From the NCBI GenBank assembly GCA_959028445.1, contig CAUFRY010000001.1:45940-109939 (forward strand): DNA of 64,000 bases, written 5' to 3'. Source of the stretch: an uncultured Collinsella sp. (lineage in GTDB: Bacteria; Actinomycetota; Coriobacteriia; Coriobacteriales; Coriobacteriaceae). A program made the translations under genes and the position numbers. Shown piece by piece: positions 49,701-61,310 of the stretch (the first letter of the stretch is position 1; each line of letters starts with the position of its first letter). The notes under the pieces were generated by a model. That model saw nothing but the letters and a program-made list of their open reading frames with translations. It was not told the DNA's origin and made no database searches.

Positions 49701-50375
49701 TTAGTCCAGGTCGTCGGCAGCGAAGTTGTCGATCGGGGCGAAGGGATCGGCCACGGGGACAACCGGGTCAGCGACGGGCAGCGGCTCGGCGGGAACAGTC
49801 ACCGCAGGAGAAGCGGCAGAACCGACCGGCGTGGAGGCCATGAGGTCGGCCGGGAAGGAGTTCTGGGCATCGTCCATGAAGTGCTGGATGAGCTTGAGAT
49901 ACTCGGCCTTGAACTCCTCACGAGAAGCCTTGAGACGATCGATCTCCTCGAGCTCAGCCTGCTTTTCGGTCAGAGCCTGGCGGATAACCTCGCGGGCCTT
50001 GGCGTCAGCCTCGTTGCGAATACGCTCAGCGTTCTCATTGGCATCGTTGACGATGGTCTCAGCGGTCTGCTGGGCAGCGATCAGGGCAGCGGAAATCTGG
50101 CGCTCCTGAGCGGAGAAGTCAGGGGCGGGAGCAGCCACGGGGGCGGCAGGAACGGCCTGGGCGGGGGCATCCTGAGCCTGGGCAAGCTGAGCCTGCGCAT
50201 CGGCAAGCTGCTGCTCGGTAGCAGTCAGACGACCCTTAAGGTCGACGATCTTAGCGAGCATAGCGTCAACCTCAGAGGACAGCGTCTCCAAGAAGACGTC
50301 GACCTCAGCAGGATCGTAGCCACGCTTGGCCTCAGAGAAAGTCTGAGCCTGGATGTCTGCAGGGGTAATAGCCAT
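49701..50375 (-). CDS. divIVA: DivIVA domain protein
   Basis: ITPADI..F..KRGYDPAEVDVFL, coiled coil, end of the dcw cluster. Confidence 0.9.
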   Translation of the reverse strand: MAITPADIQAQTFSEAKRGYDPAEVDVFLETLSSEVDAMLAKIVDLKGRLTATEQQLADAQAQLAQAQDAPAQAVPAAPVAAPAPDFSAQERQISAALIAAQQTAETIVNDANENAERIRNEADAKAREVIRQALTEKQAELEEIDRLKASREEFKAEYLKLIQHFMDDAQNSFPADLMASTPVGSAASPAVTVPAEPLPVADPVVPVADPFAPIDNFAADDLD

Positions 50376-50436
50376 AACAAGTCTCCTTTTTCATCGCCTC
50401 GGCGCTACACGCCCGACGTAAGTTACTAAGACAGTT

Positions 50437-50718
50437 CTACACGAGTATACCTATAAGAAGCTGCAGAACCAGCCTCTGCACCAACTGCAACGCAATAATC
50501 GCAACGACCGGCGAAAAATCGATACCGCCCATCGGCGGGATGAAACGACGGAACAGGTTGAGCCACGGACCGCACACGCTATCAAGCACCGCGGCAATAT
50601 CCTGAAGCAAACCACCCTGCTTCATGGGAATCCACGTCATAAAGCAGTAGACGACAATGAGCGTGGAATAGAAGTTGAACAGCGTATTGACCAGCTGGAC
50701 GATAGTGTAGATGTTGAT
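50437..50718 (-). CDS. yggT: YggT-family membrane protein (apparent non-canonical start)
   Basis: TWIP..PWLNLFRRFIPPMGGIDFSPVVA. The first TM helix lies upstream of the only canonical start. Confidence 0.8.
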   Translation of the reverse strand: MNIYTIVQLVNTLFNFYSTLIVVYCFMTWIPMKQGGLLQDIAAVLDSVCGPWLNLFRRFIPPMGGIDFSPVVAIIALQLVQRLVLQLLIGILV

Positions 50719-50739
50719 GGGAATCTCCTCGTCTTGTCT

Positions 50740-51462
50740 TTACTTAAGGTAGCCGTCGGCACGAAGCTTCTTGAGATCGGAATCTTTGACCTCGCAACCG
50801 GCGGGCAGCACCATGAACACGCGGTCGCCCACCTCCTTGACCGTGGCACCCAGACCGCAGGCAAAGCCGTAAGAGAAGTCCAAGACGCGCTTGGCAACTT
50901 CGGTGCGTACGCCCACAAAAATCAGTGCGACAGGCTGCTTGGTGCGAACGCGGCGCACCACGGTCTCCACGTCGTCATAGCTCTCGGGGCGCAGGACATA
51001 GGCCGGCAGCTGCGGTGTGGCGTTGATGATATTGCTCGCATAGGCCGAGGCATCGCTCGGTGCAGGCGCAGGCGCAGCGGCGGCACGGGCGCGGGTGTTC
51101 TCGGCGTAGCTCGACGGCGTGTCATAGGCACCAGGACGATAACCGCTCGCAACACTGTCCTGCGAGCGCGAAGGCGGGTTATACGTCGTGGCATGGCGGG
51201 AGTCATCGCCGACCAGCTGCCCGGAGCGTGTATACACGGCAACCGACTCAGCTTCACCACGGCGCGTCTGACCAAGCAGGCCGTTGCTCGGCTCGTCTTG
51301 GGTGTAGTAGCCCTCGCCCGAAGCACCGCTGTAGCCGTTGCCCTGATAGCCATCGTCATAGCCATCATCGTAGCCGTAGTCGTCGTCCTGGCCATAACCC
51401 TGGTCGTAACCCTGCTGGCCGCCCAGGTGCATCTTATTTTTAATCTCGTCAAGGAAGCCCAT
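50740..51462 (-). CDS. sepF: Cell division protein SepF
   Basis: PESYDDV..AKRVLDFSYG..VFMVLP, between yggS and yggT. Confidence 0.88.
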   Translation of the reverse strand: MGFLDEIKNKMHLGGQQGYDQGYGQDDDYGYDDGYDDGYQGNGYSGASGEGYYTQDEPSNGLLGQTRRGEAESVAVYTRSGQLVGDDSRHATTYNPPSRSQDSVASGYRPGAYDTPSSYAENTRARAAAAPAPAPSDASAYASNIINATPQLPAYVLRPESYDDVETVVRRVRTKQPVALIFVGVRTEVAKRVLDFSYGFACGLGATVKEVGDRVFMVLPAGCEVKDSDLKKLRADGYLK

Positions 51463-51522
51463 GGTTGTGTCCTCTCGCGGTTTAGTGCAGGCGCCCCGAT
51501 AATCAGTGCGCACTTCAGAGCC

Positions 51523-52260
51523 TTATTTTACTGCAAACTCCGGGCTAAATACTACCCTGCCCAGGCGAACGAGCGTAGAGCCCTCCTCAAGGGCAGGCTC
51601 AAAGTCTTCGCTCATGCCGCAGGAAAGCTCAGGCAGGTTCAAATCGGGATGCGCCGCCTCCAGCTCATCCCGCAGCTCACGAAGCCCCGCAAAGGTGCGG
51701 CGTGCCACATCCTTATTCCCCCGGGGCGCCATAGTCATAAGCCCCTGTACGCAAATTCCCTCAAGTTCCGCAAGCTCACCCGCGGCGGCGCGAATCTCAT
51801 CGGGCGAAAAGCCTCCCTTCGACTCCTCACCACTCACATTGACCTCAATGAGCACACGCTGGGGGCCGGCGAGTTCGCCTGCCTCAATCTTGCGGGCAGC
51901 ACGGCTCGAGATCGCCTGCGCCAGATGCAGCGAACCCACCGAGTGAATCAGCTCGGCTGAGCCCAGCACCGCATTGATCTTATTGGTCTGCAGGTTGCCG
52001 ATCATATCGAAGCGCACCTCGGGCAGCTCCGGATGCTCCGCCAAACCTGTGAGCTTGCGAACCAGCTCCTGCGGGCGATTCTCGGCAAAATGGCGATACC
52101 CCGCCTGGATGGCGGCAACGGTCTCATCGACACCAACGGTCTTGGACACGGCAATGAGGCGCGCGGCGTCGTGGGGACGGCCCGCGCGATCGAGCGCCGC
52201 ATAAAAACGTTCCAGAATCTGCTCGCGGCGAGCGCGCATCAAGTCCAAATAGTTATCCAT
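51523..52260 (-). CDS. yggS: PLP homeostasis protein
   Basis: IAVSKT, ENRPQE, IGNLQTNK, GLMTMAP and LSCGMSEDF motifs. Confidence 0.93.
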   Translation of the reverse strand: MDNYLDLMRARREQILERFYAALDRAGRPHDAARLIAVSKTVGVDETVAAIQAGYRHFAENRPQELVRKLTGLAEHPELPEVRFDMIGNLQTNKINAVLGSAELIHSVGSLHLAQAISSRAARKIEAGELAGPQRVLIEVNVSGEESKGGFSPDEIRAAAGELAELEGICVQGLMTMAPRGNKDVARRTFAGLRELRDELEAAHPDLNLPELSCGMSEDFEPALEEGSTLVRLGRVVFSPEFAVK

Positions 52261-52379
52261 TGCCAATCGCCTCCGCTGACAGCCAAACAAGTAGTCCCAT
52301 GCTAACGCAAGAGCGCGGCCCCGCATGTGCAAGGCCGCGCTCACTTAGGTATTTACAATCTTTCGACGAACGGGGTTAC

Positions 52380-53237
52380 TTACTCCTCGTCGTCCTCGCC
52401 ATCGTCCTCATCCTCAAGATGATCGAGCAGGTAGCGAAGACCCTCGCTGACCTCGTTAACGGGCACCTTGGCAACGTAGCGTGCATCGACGGCGGGCCTC
52501 ATGATAACACCCTCGCCCGAAGGCACGCGCATGCTCTCGAGCTCATCCTCATCAGTGCAGGCGATATCACCGGCAGTCATACGCTGTCCGGTCAACAGGA
52601 AGGTCAGACGGCAGGCGGCATCGATGGAAATCGAGGCGATGCGATCGAGATAGCGCGATACCATGATGGCGCGGCGCAGGTCGTCATAGTTGCTGTCGTC
52701 GTCCATAAAATCGCCCGTGTCCATGCGGTTAAAGGTGCGGAAGAACTTCTCGTAGGCGGCGTGCACTGGCTCGTCCTCGACGGCCAAGTTGCAGATGATG
52801 GACATGTCGTTGGTGACGAGCGCAGAAAGCGAAGAGCCCAGCACCTGGTAGACGGCCTCAGCCTCGGCCTCGACCGTGCCGACAAGCTCCTTGGGCAGCG
52901 AGATGTCGGCCTTGATCATATGACGCGTGGCGCGGCAAATCTGGCGAACCTTATCGGTCATGCGCTGCAGGTTAAAGTCGACGTAGATGATCGTCTGCAG
53001 CAAGCGGAAGTCGGAGGCGACCGGTGACTGCGTGGCAATCAGGTTGTAGCAGACGGCCTCCAGGTTGGCGCAGCGTGCGTCAATCGAAAGCGTACGCTTC
53101 TTGGTCTTGGTGGCGAGCTTGCGGTCGTCGGTCACATAGGCCTTCACGGCATCGTGGAGGGCCAGATCGACGGCCTCGTAGATGCTCAGCATCTCGTGAC
53201 GGGCCTCGATGAGCTGACGGGAAAACAGTTTGCGCAT
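52380..53237 (-). CDS. phoU: Phosphate uptake regulator PhoU
   Basis: Two PhoU repeats (QSPVASDFR; SRYLDRIA), follows pstB. Confidence 0.85.
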   Translation of the reverse strand: MRKLFSRQLIEARHEMLSIYEAVDLALHDAVKAYVTDDRKLATKTKKRTLSIDARCANLEAVCYNLIATQSPVASDFRLLQTIIYVDFNLQRMTDKVRQICRATRHMIKADISLPKELVGTVEAEAEAVYQVLGSSLSALVTNDMSIICNLAVEDEPVHAAYEKFFRTFNRMDTGDFMDDDSNYDDLRRAIMVSRYLDRIASISIDAACRLTFLLTGQRMTAGDIACTDEDELESMRVPSGEGVIMRPAVDARYVAKVPVNEVSEGLRYLLDHLEDEDDGEDDEE

Positions 53238-53329
53238 GGTTCACTCCAATCAGTTGGGTGCGGTCATGCCGCCCGCACAGTGAATACGCACCGGACCAGA
53301 TCCGATCGGCTTGGGACTAGTCGCACCGA

Positions 53330-54133
<804 letters not shown>

Positions 54134-54145
54134 GGGACTCCTTAA

Positions 54146-55051
54146 CTAGCGACGCTTGCGCGACAGGAAGCGCGCAAACAGGTTGAAGGCCAAAATGATC
54201 ACCATCAGCAAGAGCGCGGTGCCGTAGGCTGCGTTCATGTTGATGCCGTCGTTGGCAAGCAGGTACAGGTGAACGGTCATGGGACGACCGGAATCGAGCG
54301 GCGAAATAGGTAGATTGATGGCCTGGCCCATGGTGTAGAGCACCACGGCGGTCTCGCCGATGGCACGGCCGATGGCAAGGACGATGCCCGTGGCAATGCG
54401 GCCAAAGGCCGAAGGAAGCACGATCTTGGAGACGACCTGCCACTTGGTAGCGCCCAGGCCGTACGCGCCCCAACGGATATAGCGCGGAACGGCGCGAATG
54501 GCTTCTTCGGTGGTGCGCATGACGATGGGAAGCATCAAGAGCGCGAGCGCCAGAGCGGCCGAGACCATCGAAAGGCCCAGGCCCATAGCCTCGACAAACA
54601 AGGCGTAGCCAAACAGGCCCATAACGATGGAGGGCACCGAGGCCAAAGCGTCAGCAGCGTAGCGAATGAGCTCGACGACCTTGCCCTGCTTGGCGTACTC
54701 GGCCAGATAGACGGCTGCCAGCACAGCGATCGGCGTGCAGATAAGCATGGCGAGCGCCGTCACGTAGACGGTCGAGACGATCGTGGGCCAAATTCCGCCC
54801 TCGGCGTTGACGCCCTGGGGCCAACCGAAGATAAAGTCGAGCGAGATGTGTGGCAGGCCGTTGATGACCACGTAGGCGATGATAGCGACCAGCACCAGCG
54901 TGGTGATGTAGGCAGCGGCACGAAACACGCCAAGCATGATCTTGTTGGACAGGTCCTTGTTGATGCGGCCCTTCTTGCCGTGGGAAAGGGCACGCTTGAT
55001 GCGCTCGCGCGACGAGGTCGTATCGACCGTCGTGTCAACGGAATCGGACAT
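54146..55051 (-). CDS. pstA: Phosphate ABC transporter permease
   Basis: YLAEYA, SVPSIVMGLFG and GRAIGETA motifs. Confidence 0.93.
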   Translation of the reverse strand: MSDSVDTTVDTTSSRERIKRALSHGKKGRINKDLSNKIMLGVFRAAAYITTLVLVAIIAYVVINGLPHISLDFIFGWPQGVNAEGGIWPTIVSTVYVTALAMLICTPIAVLAAVYLAEYAKQGKVVELIRYAADALASVPSIVMGLFGYALFVEAMGLGLSMVSAALALALLMLPIVMRTTEEAIRAVPRYIRWGAYGLGATKWQVVSKIVLPSAFGRIATGIVLAIGRAIGETAVVLYTMGQAINLPISPLDSGRPMTVHLYLLANDGINMNAAYGTALLLMVIILAFNLFARFLSRKRR

Positions 55052-55054
55052 AGC

Positions 55055-55981
55055 CTACCCCCTCTTCTTCTTGGAAATCAGACGGACGATACCCACCAGC
55101 GTGGCGGAGATGATAAACAGGACCACACCCATGCCGAACAGCGCCGAGCGGTGCAGACCCGAGGAATAGCTCATGTCGAGCGCAATCTGGCTCGTGAGCG
55201 TCGAGATGGGGCTCGCAATGCTGTCGGGAATAACCGGGGCGTTACCTACGACCATGAGCACGGCCATGGTCTCGCCGATGGCACGGCCCATACCCAGCAC
55301 GATGGCATCAACGATACCCAGCTTCGCGGCAGGTAGCACGATCTTATAGATGGTCTGCCACTTTGTGGCGCCCATGGCATACGATGCCTCGCGAATGCCC
55401 ATGGGAATGGAATTGAGAGCATCGATGGTGAGCGTGGTGATGGTAGGGACGATCATGATGGCGAGCACAAACCACGCCGTCAGCGCACCAAAACCAAGGC
55501 CGCCGGTCAGTTGTGCGATAAACGGGCGGATGATGATCATGCCAAAGAAGCCGTAGATGATGGAGGGTATGCCCGCCAGCAGGTCAACGGCGGGGCTGAT
55601 GAGCTTGCGCACGCGCTTGCTGGCAATCTCGACCAGGTAAACGGCCGTACCCACGCCCAGCGGCACGCCCATGGCGAGCGCACCGACGGTCACCAGACCC
55701 GAGCCGGCAAGCAGCGACAAGATGCCGTAGTGGCCCTCGGAAGGCGCCCACGTAAAGCTAAAGAAGTCAGCCAGACCGATGTCAGTAAAGACGGGCAGCG
55801 CCGAGTACGTGGTAAAGACAAAAATCAGGATGACGGTAACGACCGCCAAGAACGCGCAGGCAAAGAAGATCCACTGCAGCGCCTTCTCCTTGATATAGGT
55901 ACTGCGCGATACGAGCGCCAGCTCGCGCTTCTTGGGCGTCTGAACATTCTGCTCAGTCTGGGAGTTTTCCTGTGCTTCCAT
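55055..55981 (-). CDS. pstC: Phosphate ABC transporter permease
   Basis: LLAGIPSIIYGFFG and MGRAIGETMAVLMVVGN motifs. Confidence 0.93.
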   Translation of the reverse strand: MEAQENSQTEQNVQTPKKRELALVSRSTYIKEKALQWIFFACAFLAVVTVILIFVFTTYSALPVFTDIGLADFFSFTWAPSEGHYGILSLLAGSGLVTVGALAMGVPLGVGTAVYLVEIASKRVRKLISPAVDLLAGIPSIIYGFFGMIIIRPFIAQLTGGLGFGALTAWFVLAIMIVPTITTLTIDALNSIPMGIREASYAMGATKWQTIYKIVLPAAKLGIVDAIVLGMGRAIGETMAVLMVVGNAPVIPDSIASPISTLTSQIALDMSYSSGLHRSALFGMGVVLFIISATLVGIVRLISKKKRG

Positions 55982-55982
55982 G

Positions 55983-56819
55983 CTACTCACTCCCCTTCTC
56001 GTCGTTGGTGACGGGAATAAAGCCCGCCTCGCGAATCTGCTTGTCCATCTTTTCGGACGTCACATAGTCGATGTAATCCTGCGCCTGCTGCGAAGGCACA
56101 CCCTTCACAAAGAAGTAAAGGTCGCGCGAGATGGGATAGCCGCCACTCGCGACCGTCTTCTCGGACGCCTCAACATGATTGACCGAGACGGCCTTGACCG
56201 AGGTCTTGGCGTTGAGGCTATCGACGAAGCCCAGCGAAATGTAGCCGATGGCCCCACGCGAACGAGATACCACGTCGCGCACCTGGCCCGTACCCGAAAG
56301 AACAGCCGAGCGGCGATCGAACGGCGTGCCATCCATCACGATGGTACGGAAGGCCTCGCGCGTACCGGACGCCTCGTCTCGGTTGATGACCTGAATCCTC
56401 AGGTCCTCGCCACCGACCTCTTTCCAATTGGTAATCTTGCCGGCGTAGATATCGCGGAGCTGCTCGGTCGAGAGGTTATCGACGGGGTTGTCGTCGTTCA
56501 CGATGACCGCAATACCGTCGTGGGCAATGACGATGGGAGTCAGGCCCAGATCCTGTTCGTCGGCATTGAGTCCACGGGAGGAGCTGGCGATATCGGCCGT
56601 GCCGGCGCTGACGGCCTCGATGCCAGCAGAAGAACCCAAACCGGAAACGAGCACGTCGATGCCGGTCTCCTCCTTAAAGCCCTCGGCCGCAATCTCGGCG
56701 ATAGGAAGGCAGGTCGTGGAGCCAGCGACGGTAATGGAAGAGGTAGAAGATCCCGAAGAACAGGCGCACAGCGTAAGCGTAAGCACAGCGGCGCTCAGGA
56801 CCGATACGATCTTTCTCAT
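55983..56819 (-). CDS. pstS: Phosphate ABC transporter substrate-binding lipoprotein
   Basis: Lipobox, AGSTT, GSSAGI, RDEASGTR and YPISR motifs. Confidence 0.93.
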   Translation of the reverse strand: MRKIVSVLSAAVLTLTLCACSSGSSTSSITVAGSTTCLPIAEIAAEGFKEETGIDVLVSGLGSSAGIEAVSAGTADIASSSRGLNADEQDLGLTPIVIAHDGIAVIVNDDNPVDNLSTEQLRDIYAGKITNWKEVGGEDLRIQVINRDEASGTREAFRTIVMDGTPFDRRSAVLSGTGQVRDVVSRSRGAIGYISLGFVDSLNAKTSVKAVSVNHVEASEKTVASGGYPISRDLYFFVKGVPSQQAQDYIDYVTSEKMDKQIREAGFIPVTNDEKGSE

Positions 56820-57616
56820 AGCATCACGCCGATCGCAGCATGGCGCCCACAGGTGCCGCCCTCGTTACGGTAGGAATAAAAGCGGTCGTTCTGACGCACG
56901 GTCGAAAGCTGGGTATCCACGATATTATCCGCGTCGACACCGACATCTACCAGCGCCTCGCGAATGGCAGCGGAAAGATCGAGCATGCGAGAGGTACTCG
57001 CATCGATGCAAGAGAACTCGGCGGCAAAGCGATCCATGAGTTCCTGGGATACCTCATATTCGTCACCCAAGATATGGGGGCCGATATAGGCGGAAACGCC
57101 GCTCGCATCGCAACCGGCAGCATCGCAAAGCGCCTGGCACGCCTTGGCGGAAATGCGTGCAATCGTGCCCTTCCAACCGGAGTGCACCACGGCAAATCCG
57201 CCAGGGGCCACCAGCACCACGGGAACGCAGTCGGCAAAGCAGAGCAGCACGGGTACGTTATGCGCCGTACAGACGATGGCATCGCAGCCCTCGGCAATCT
57301 GCTCGCGGACGTCCTCAAGGTCATCGGCGCCGTTCGAGGTCACCGCAACGATATGGTCACCATGGACCTGATTGGGAACGAGCAAGTTGTGCTCGCACTC
57401 GGCGGCACCCATAGCCTCGAGCACGCGACGACGATTTTCTTGAACAGCAAAGGGGTCATCGCCAACATGCGAGCCCAAATTGAGTGAGGAGTACGCATCT
57501 TCGGAAACACCACCGGCGCGCTCGGTGAAGGCAAAGCGAACATCGGATGTCGCGCCTTCCACCAACGTAACTCCATCATGGTCGACACGCGAAACGTTGT
57601 CCGCACGTGCTGCCAT
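56816..57616 (-). CDS. pgeF: YfiH/PgeF polyphenol oxidase-like protein
   Basis: SLNLG, QVHG, ADCVPV, HSGWKG and FYSYR motifs. Confidence 0.9.
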   Translation of the reverse strand: MAARADNVSRVDHDGVTLVEGATSDVRFAFTERAGGVSEDAYSSLNLGSHVGDDPFAVQENRRRVLEAMGAAECEHNLLVPNQVHGDHIVAVTSNGADDLEDVREQIAEGCDAIVCTAHNVPVLLCFADCVPVVLVAPGGFAVVHSGWKGTIARISAKACQALCDAAGCDASGVSAYIGPHILGDEYEVSQELMDRFAAEFSCIDASTSRMLDLSAAIREALVDVGVDADNIVDTQLSTVRQNDRFYSYRNEGGTCGRHAAIGVML

Positions 57617-57771
57617 ACTAAAGCCTCCTAATAACACAAGTACCGCGGCATCGCCGCTACAGCCCGCGTTTATACGGCTGTCATACTTCTCTAAAAGGAT
57701 ACCTGCTGCACTGGAGGCAATCGTAAAGGGAACGTAAAGAGATTGGAGGTTCTAGTTTACAAAGTCGAAAT

Positions 57772-57802
57772 AAAAAGGGCGCGTCCATACGGACACGCCC
57801 CC
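57772..57802 (-). terminator. ftsZ terminator
   Basis: GGGCGTGTCC-gtat-GGACGCGCCC followed by TTTTT on the minus strand. Confidence 0.7.
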
Positions 57803-57826
57803 GTGAGCAACAATGCAAAGAACGAC

Positions 57827-58981
57827 TTAGAAGCTACCGCGCTTCAGGAAGTCGGGAAGCTCGAACTGATCGTTGCCGAAGTTAGGAAGCTCGGTGCCAC
57901 CGACGTTGCGGGTCGGAGCGGCCTGAGCCGGGCTGGTGGCCGGAGCGGTGCGCTGCGGCTCAGCGGAGGCAGCGGCCTTGCTCTGAGACTGCTGAGCAGC
58001 AAAGAGCTCGTCCTGACGGTTGACGTTGGAGTCGGAGAAGCCCGTAGCGATGACGGTGATACGCACCTGATCGCCCAGGGACTCGTCGACAACGGTACCG
58101 AAGATGATGTTGGCCTCGGGGTCGACGGCGTTGGCGACAACGTCGGCGGCGTCGCTGATCTCCTGGATGCCCAGGTCCTTGGAACCGGCGATGGAGAGCA
58201 GCACGCGTGTGGCACCATCGATGGAGCTCTCGAGCAGCGGGCTGGAGATGGCCTGCTGGGCAGCGTCGACGGCACGGGTATCCCCAGAAGAGGTACCGAT
58301 ACCCATCATGGCGGTACCGGCCTGCTTCATGATGGTCTTAACATCGGCGAAGTCCAGGTTGATGATACCGGGGACGGTGATGAGGTCGGTGATGCCCTGG
58401 GTGCCCTGGGAAAGGACGCCATCGGCAATCGCGAAGGCCTCGAGCATGGTAGTCTTCTTCTCGGCGATGTCGAGCAGCTTATCGTTAGGGATGACGATCA
58501 TGGTGTCGACGCAATCGGAGAGGGTCTTAATGCCCTCCTCGGCGCTCTTCTTGCGCTTGCGGCCCTCGAAGGTGAAGGGCTTGGTCACGACGGCGACGGT
58601 CAGCGCACCGACCTCGTTCATCGCGATATCGGCAACGATGGGAGCAGCGCCGGTACCGGTGCCACCGCCCTCGCCGCAGGTGATGAACACCATGTCGGCA
58701 CCAGCGAGCGCCTCGGCAATGTCGTCGCGGGACTCATCGGCAGCCTTGCGGCCAACCTCGGGGTTGGCGCCGGCGCCCAGGCCGCGGGTAAGGTCGGTGC
58801 CGATGTGCACCTTGATATCGGCATCAGAGATCGCGAGTGCCTGAGCATCGGTGTTGATGGCAACAAACTCGACGCCGCGGATGCCCTCTTCGATCATTCG
58901 ATTGACCGCGTTGGTACCGCCGCCGCCGACGCCGACCACCTTAATGACGGCAAGGTAGTTGTTGATCTCTGTCTCGTGCAT
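57827..58981 (-). CDS. ftsZ: Cell division protein FtsZ
   Basis: [27 protein letters not shown] and C-terminal LPDFLK. Confidence 0.98.
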   Translation of the reverse strand: MHETEINNYLAVIKVVGVGGGGTNAVNRMIEEGIRGVEFVAINTDAQALAISDADIKVHIGTDLTRGLGAGANPEVGRKAADESRDDIAEALAGADMVFITCGEGGGTGTGAAPIVADIAMNEVGALTVAVVTKPFTFEGRKRKKSAEEGIKTLSDCVDTMIVIPNDKLLDIAEKKTTMLEAFAIADGVLSQGTQGITDLITVPGIINLDFADVKTIMKQAGTAMMGIGTSSGDTRAVDAAQQAISSPLLESSIDGATRVLLSIAGSKDLGIQEISDAADVVANAVDPEANIIFGTVVDESLGDQVRITVIATGFSDSNVNRQDELFAAQQSQSKAAASAEPQRTAPATSPAQAAPTRNVGGTELPNFGNDQFELPDFLKRGSF

Positions 58982-59180
58982 GTCGGTCCTCCGAACAAAG
59001 GTTATAGCCATAGCATGGGTCGACCCCTGCGCACATTAACCTTCAGGTTGAAAGTAAATGCAAAGGTAAACCGTATTATGTTTGCACATTATGAACGTAT
59101 CAGTCAAATAATTGACCGTGAAAACCAAACAAACCAGATAAACGGCGTGGTATGGCCCCTCAACAAAGCATCAACCAGCG

Positions 59181-60437
59181 CTACGAGGTCGGAGCGTTCC
59201 TAAATGTATAGTTACCCGGAGAGCGCACATTGATATACGTTACGCCCTCTACCTGCGAAAGCAGCTTGGTGACTACGCGCTCCTTCTTGACGATATCGTT
59301 CGAATCGCCCAGCGACACCTCAATGCCGTTATTGAGGTTTGCCGAGATGGCTTCGACCGAAGGCGTGGAAATATCCTTGACTTGTCCCAAGAACTCGCTC
59401 GAAAAACCACGCACATAATCCAAGCCAGCCTTAACGGCCTTGGAGCTCACTGCCTGGCCGGAAACCGGAGCGACATCCGCCGAGACATCAGTCAACAACA
59501 CCGCGCCATAGTGCTTAGCGAGCGCCAGTGCGGCATCAATGCCGGTCAGGGTATTTGAGCCCTGCCCCGTCGTGATGACGTTGCCCTGGTCATCCACTTC
59601 GACCGACGTCGACAGCGGGGCGATCCAGGTGTCATCATCCCCGATGGCCCAGGCAAGGTCATCGGAGCTGATATAGGCAATTGCAATGACCTTGCGCTCC
59701 ATCGGCGTAATGATGAGCGTATGTGGGAACTGACGCTGGACATCCACGCCCGAGACCCACGGATTCTGCTTGAGGTCCTCGGTAATCTGGTCGGGATCGA
59801 CGTTAAAAAGCGACGTTCCCTCGGGCAAATCGATCAGCTGGATAGCATCGTGCTTCGTCACATGCTCGCTGCCTTGAATCTGAATATCAGTGGCGGTAAA
59901 CAATCCAGAGTTAATCACCACGATAGCAACGACGACGAGCACGGCCAAGACGGCCAAAACGCCGCCCACGATTTTGCCTTTGCCTGTAACGACAGAAGCG
60001 GCGTCTGATGTTTTATTTGCCATCGCCCTAAGTAAAGACAACGGGTTGACGCCTTTTTTACCCGAAGGCTTCTTGGCGGTAGCCGGCACCGATGTCAGCG
60101 AGCGCGGTTTCGATGCGCCCAGCGTGCGACTCGGACGCGCCGCCTTAGTTCCTGTCGAGGGCTTAGGAGTTGCCATAGGACGGGCAGGCTTGGCGCCCAT
60201 AACAGGCTTTGACGTCACCGAGGGACGCGAGGACTTTTTTGCGGCCGGACGATTACCGAGCTGCGAGCCGACAACCGGACGACTGGTCTGTCGAGCATGC
60301 CCGACAGGCTTAGAGTGCGCGACGATATTGCGTTGATGTTTGGCAGGCGCGCCGGAACGCCCTCCGGCGCGGCGGAAGGTGGGTTTCGATGCTCTAGAAA
60401 CCGAGGAATTTAACTTCCGGTCTGAGCTCGATGCCAT
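59181..60437 (-). CDS. ftsQ: Cell division protein FtsQ/DivIB
   Basis: Basic disordered N-terminus, one TM, POTRA-like NPWVSGVDVQRQFPHTL, position before ftsZ. Confidence 0.82.
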   Translation of the reverse strand: MASSSDRKLNSSVSRASKPTFRRAGGRSGAPAKHQRNIVAHSKPVGHARQTSRPVVGSQLGNRPAAKKSSRPSVTSKPVMGAKPARPMATPKPSTGTKAARPSRTLGASKPRSLTSVPATAKKPSGKKGVNPLSLLRAMANKTSDAASVVTGKGKIVGGVLAVLAVLVVVAIVVINSGLFTATDIQIQGSEHVTKHDAIQLIDLPEGTSLFNVDPDQITEDLKQNPWVSGVDVQRQFPHTLIITPMERKVIAIAYISSDDLAWAIGDDDTWIAPLSTSVEVDDQGNVITTGQGSNTLTGIDAALALAKHYGAVLLTDVSADVAPVSGQAVSSKAVKAGLDYVRGFSSEFLGQVKDISTPSVEAISANLNNGIEVSLGDSNDIVKKERVVTKLLSQVEGVTYINVRSPGNYTFRNAPTS

Positions 60438-61305
60438 ACGCCTCCCTCACCTTTCCGTGCACATGTCTGATAACCGCGGCAACGTCATCGGCCGAGGCAG
60501 TTCCGTTATTAACGATAAAATTAGCGTGAACGGGCGAAACTTCCGCGCCGCCAATCGAAAAACCCTTTAATCCACAATCCTCGATAAGCTTGCCCACGCT
60601 CGCATCGGGCGGGTTGCGAAAGACCGACCCGCAGGATGCGCGACCCATGGGCTGTGTACGCTTGCGCCTCGTCAGGTACCGCTCCATGCGCTCGCGAATG
60701 TCGGCCTTGGGCGCCGGTTTAAGCTTGAGCACGCACTCGAGGATGATCTCATTGCGGGGAAGGCTACATTCGCGGTAGCCCCAAGTGATCTCGGACCCCG
60801 CATAATGCTTGATACCGGATGCCGGGTCAAACGTTACGACATCCTCAACCAGCGAGCCAATCCACTCGGTCCGTGTGCCGGCATTCATAGATATCGCACC
60901 GCCAACCGAGCCAGGGATGCCAACGGCAAACTCAAGGCCCGAGAGGCTACGCGACAGGGCATCGTTGACCAGGCGCGCAAACATCACGCCCGCACCGACC
61001 GTCAGCGTACAACCGTCATCAGCAACAACCGTGCGCTGAAACTCACGTCCGAGCGAAATGACGGCGCCGCGATAACCGCCATCGGCAACCAGCAGATTGG
61101 AGCCCTTGCCGATGATGACCCACGGCACCTGCTCGCGATCGAGCACCGCCACGGCGCGGCGAAGGGCATGATAGCTATGGCACGTCACAAAGAGGTCGGC
61201 CTTGCCACCGATACGATAGCTCGTATGACGCGCAAGGCGCTCGTCCTCGATCACATCCGTGTCGATCATGCCCGAGAGCGCCATGACGGCGTTAAACAGA
61301 CCCAT
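60394..61305 (-). CDS. murB: UDP-N-acetylenolpyruvoylglucosamine reductase
   Basis: HTSYRIGG, GSNLL, GIPGSVGGA..MNAG, GSVFRNP and HANFIVN motifs. Confidence 0.95.
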   Translation of the reverse strand: MGLFNAVMALSGMIDTDVIEDERLARHTSYRIGGKADLFVTCHSYHALRRAVAVLDREQVPWVIIGKGSNLLVADGGYRGAVISLGREFQRTVVADDGCTLTVGAGVMFARLVNDALSRSLSGLEFAVGIPGSVGGAISMNAGTRTEWIGSLVEDVVTFDPASGIKHYAGSEITWGYRECSLPRNEIILECVLKLKPAPKADIRERMERYLTRRKRTQPMGRASCGSVFRNPPDASVGKLIEDCGLKGFSIGGAEVSPVHANFIVNNGTASADDVAAVIRHVHGKVREAYGIELRPEVKFLGF

Positions 61306-61310
61306 TAGAC

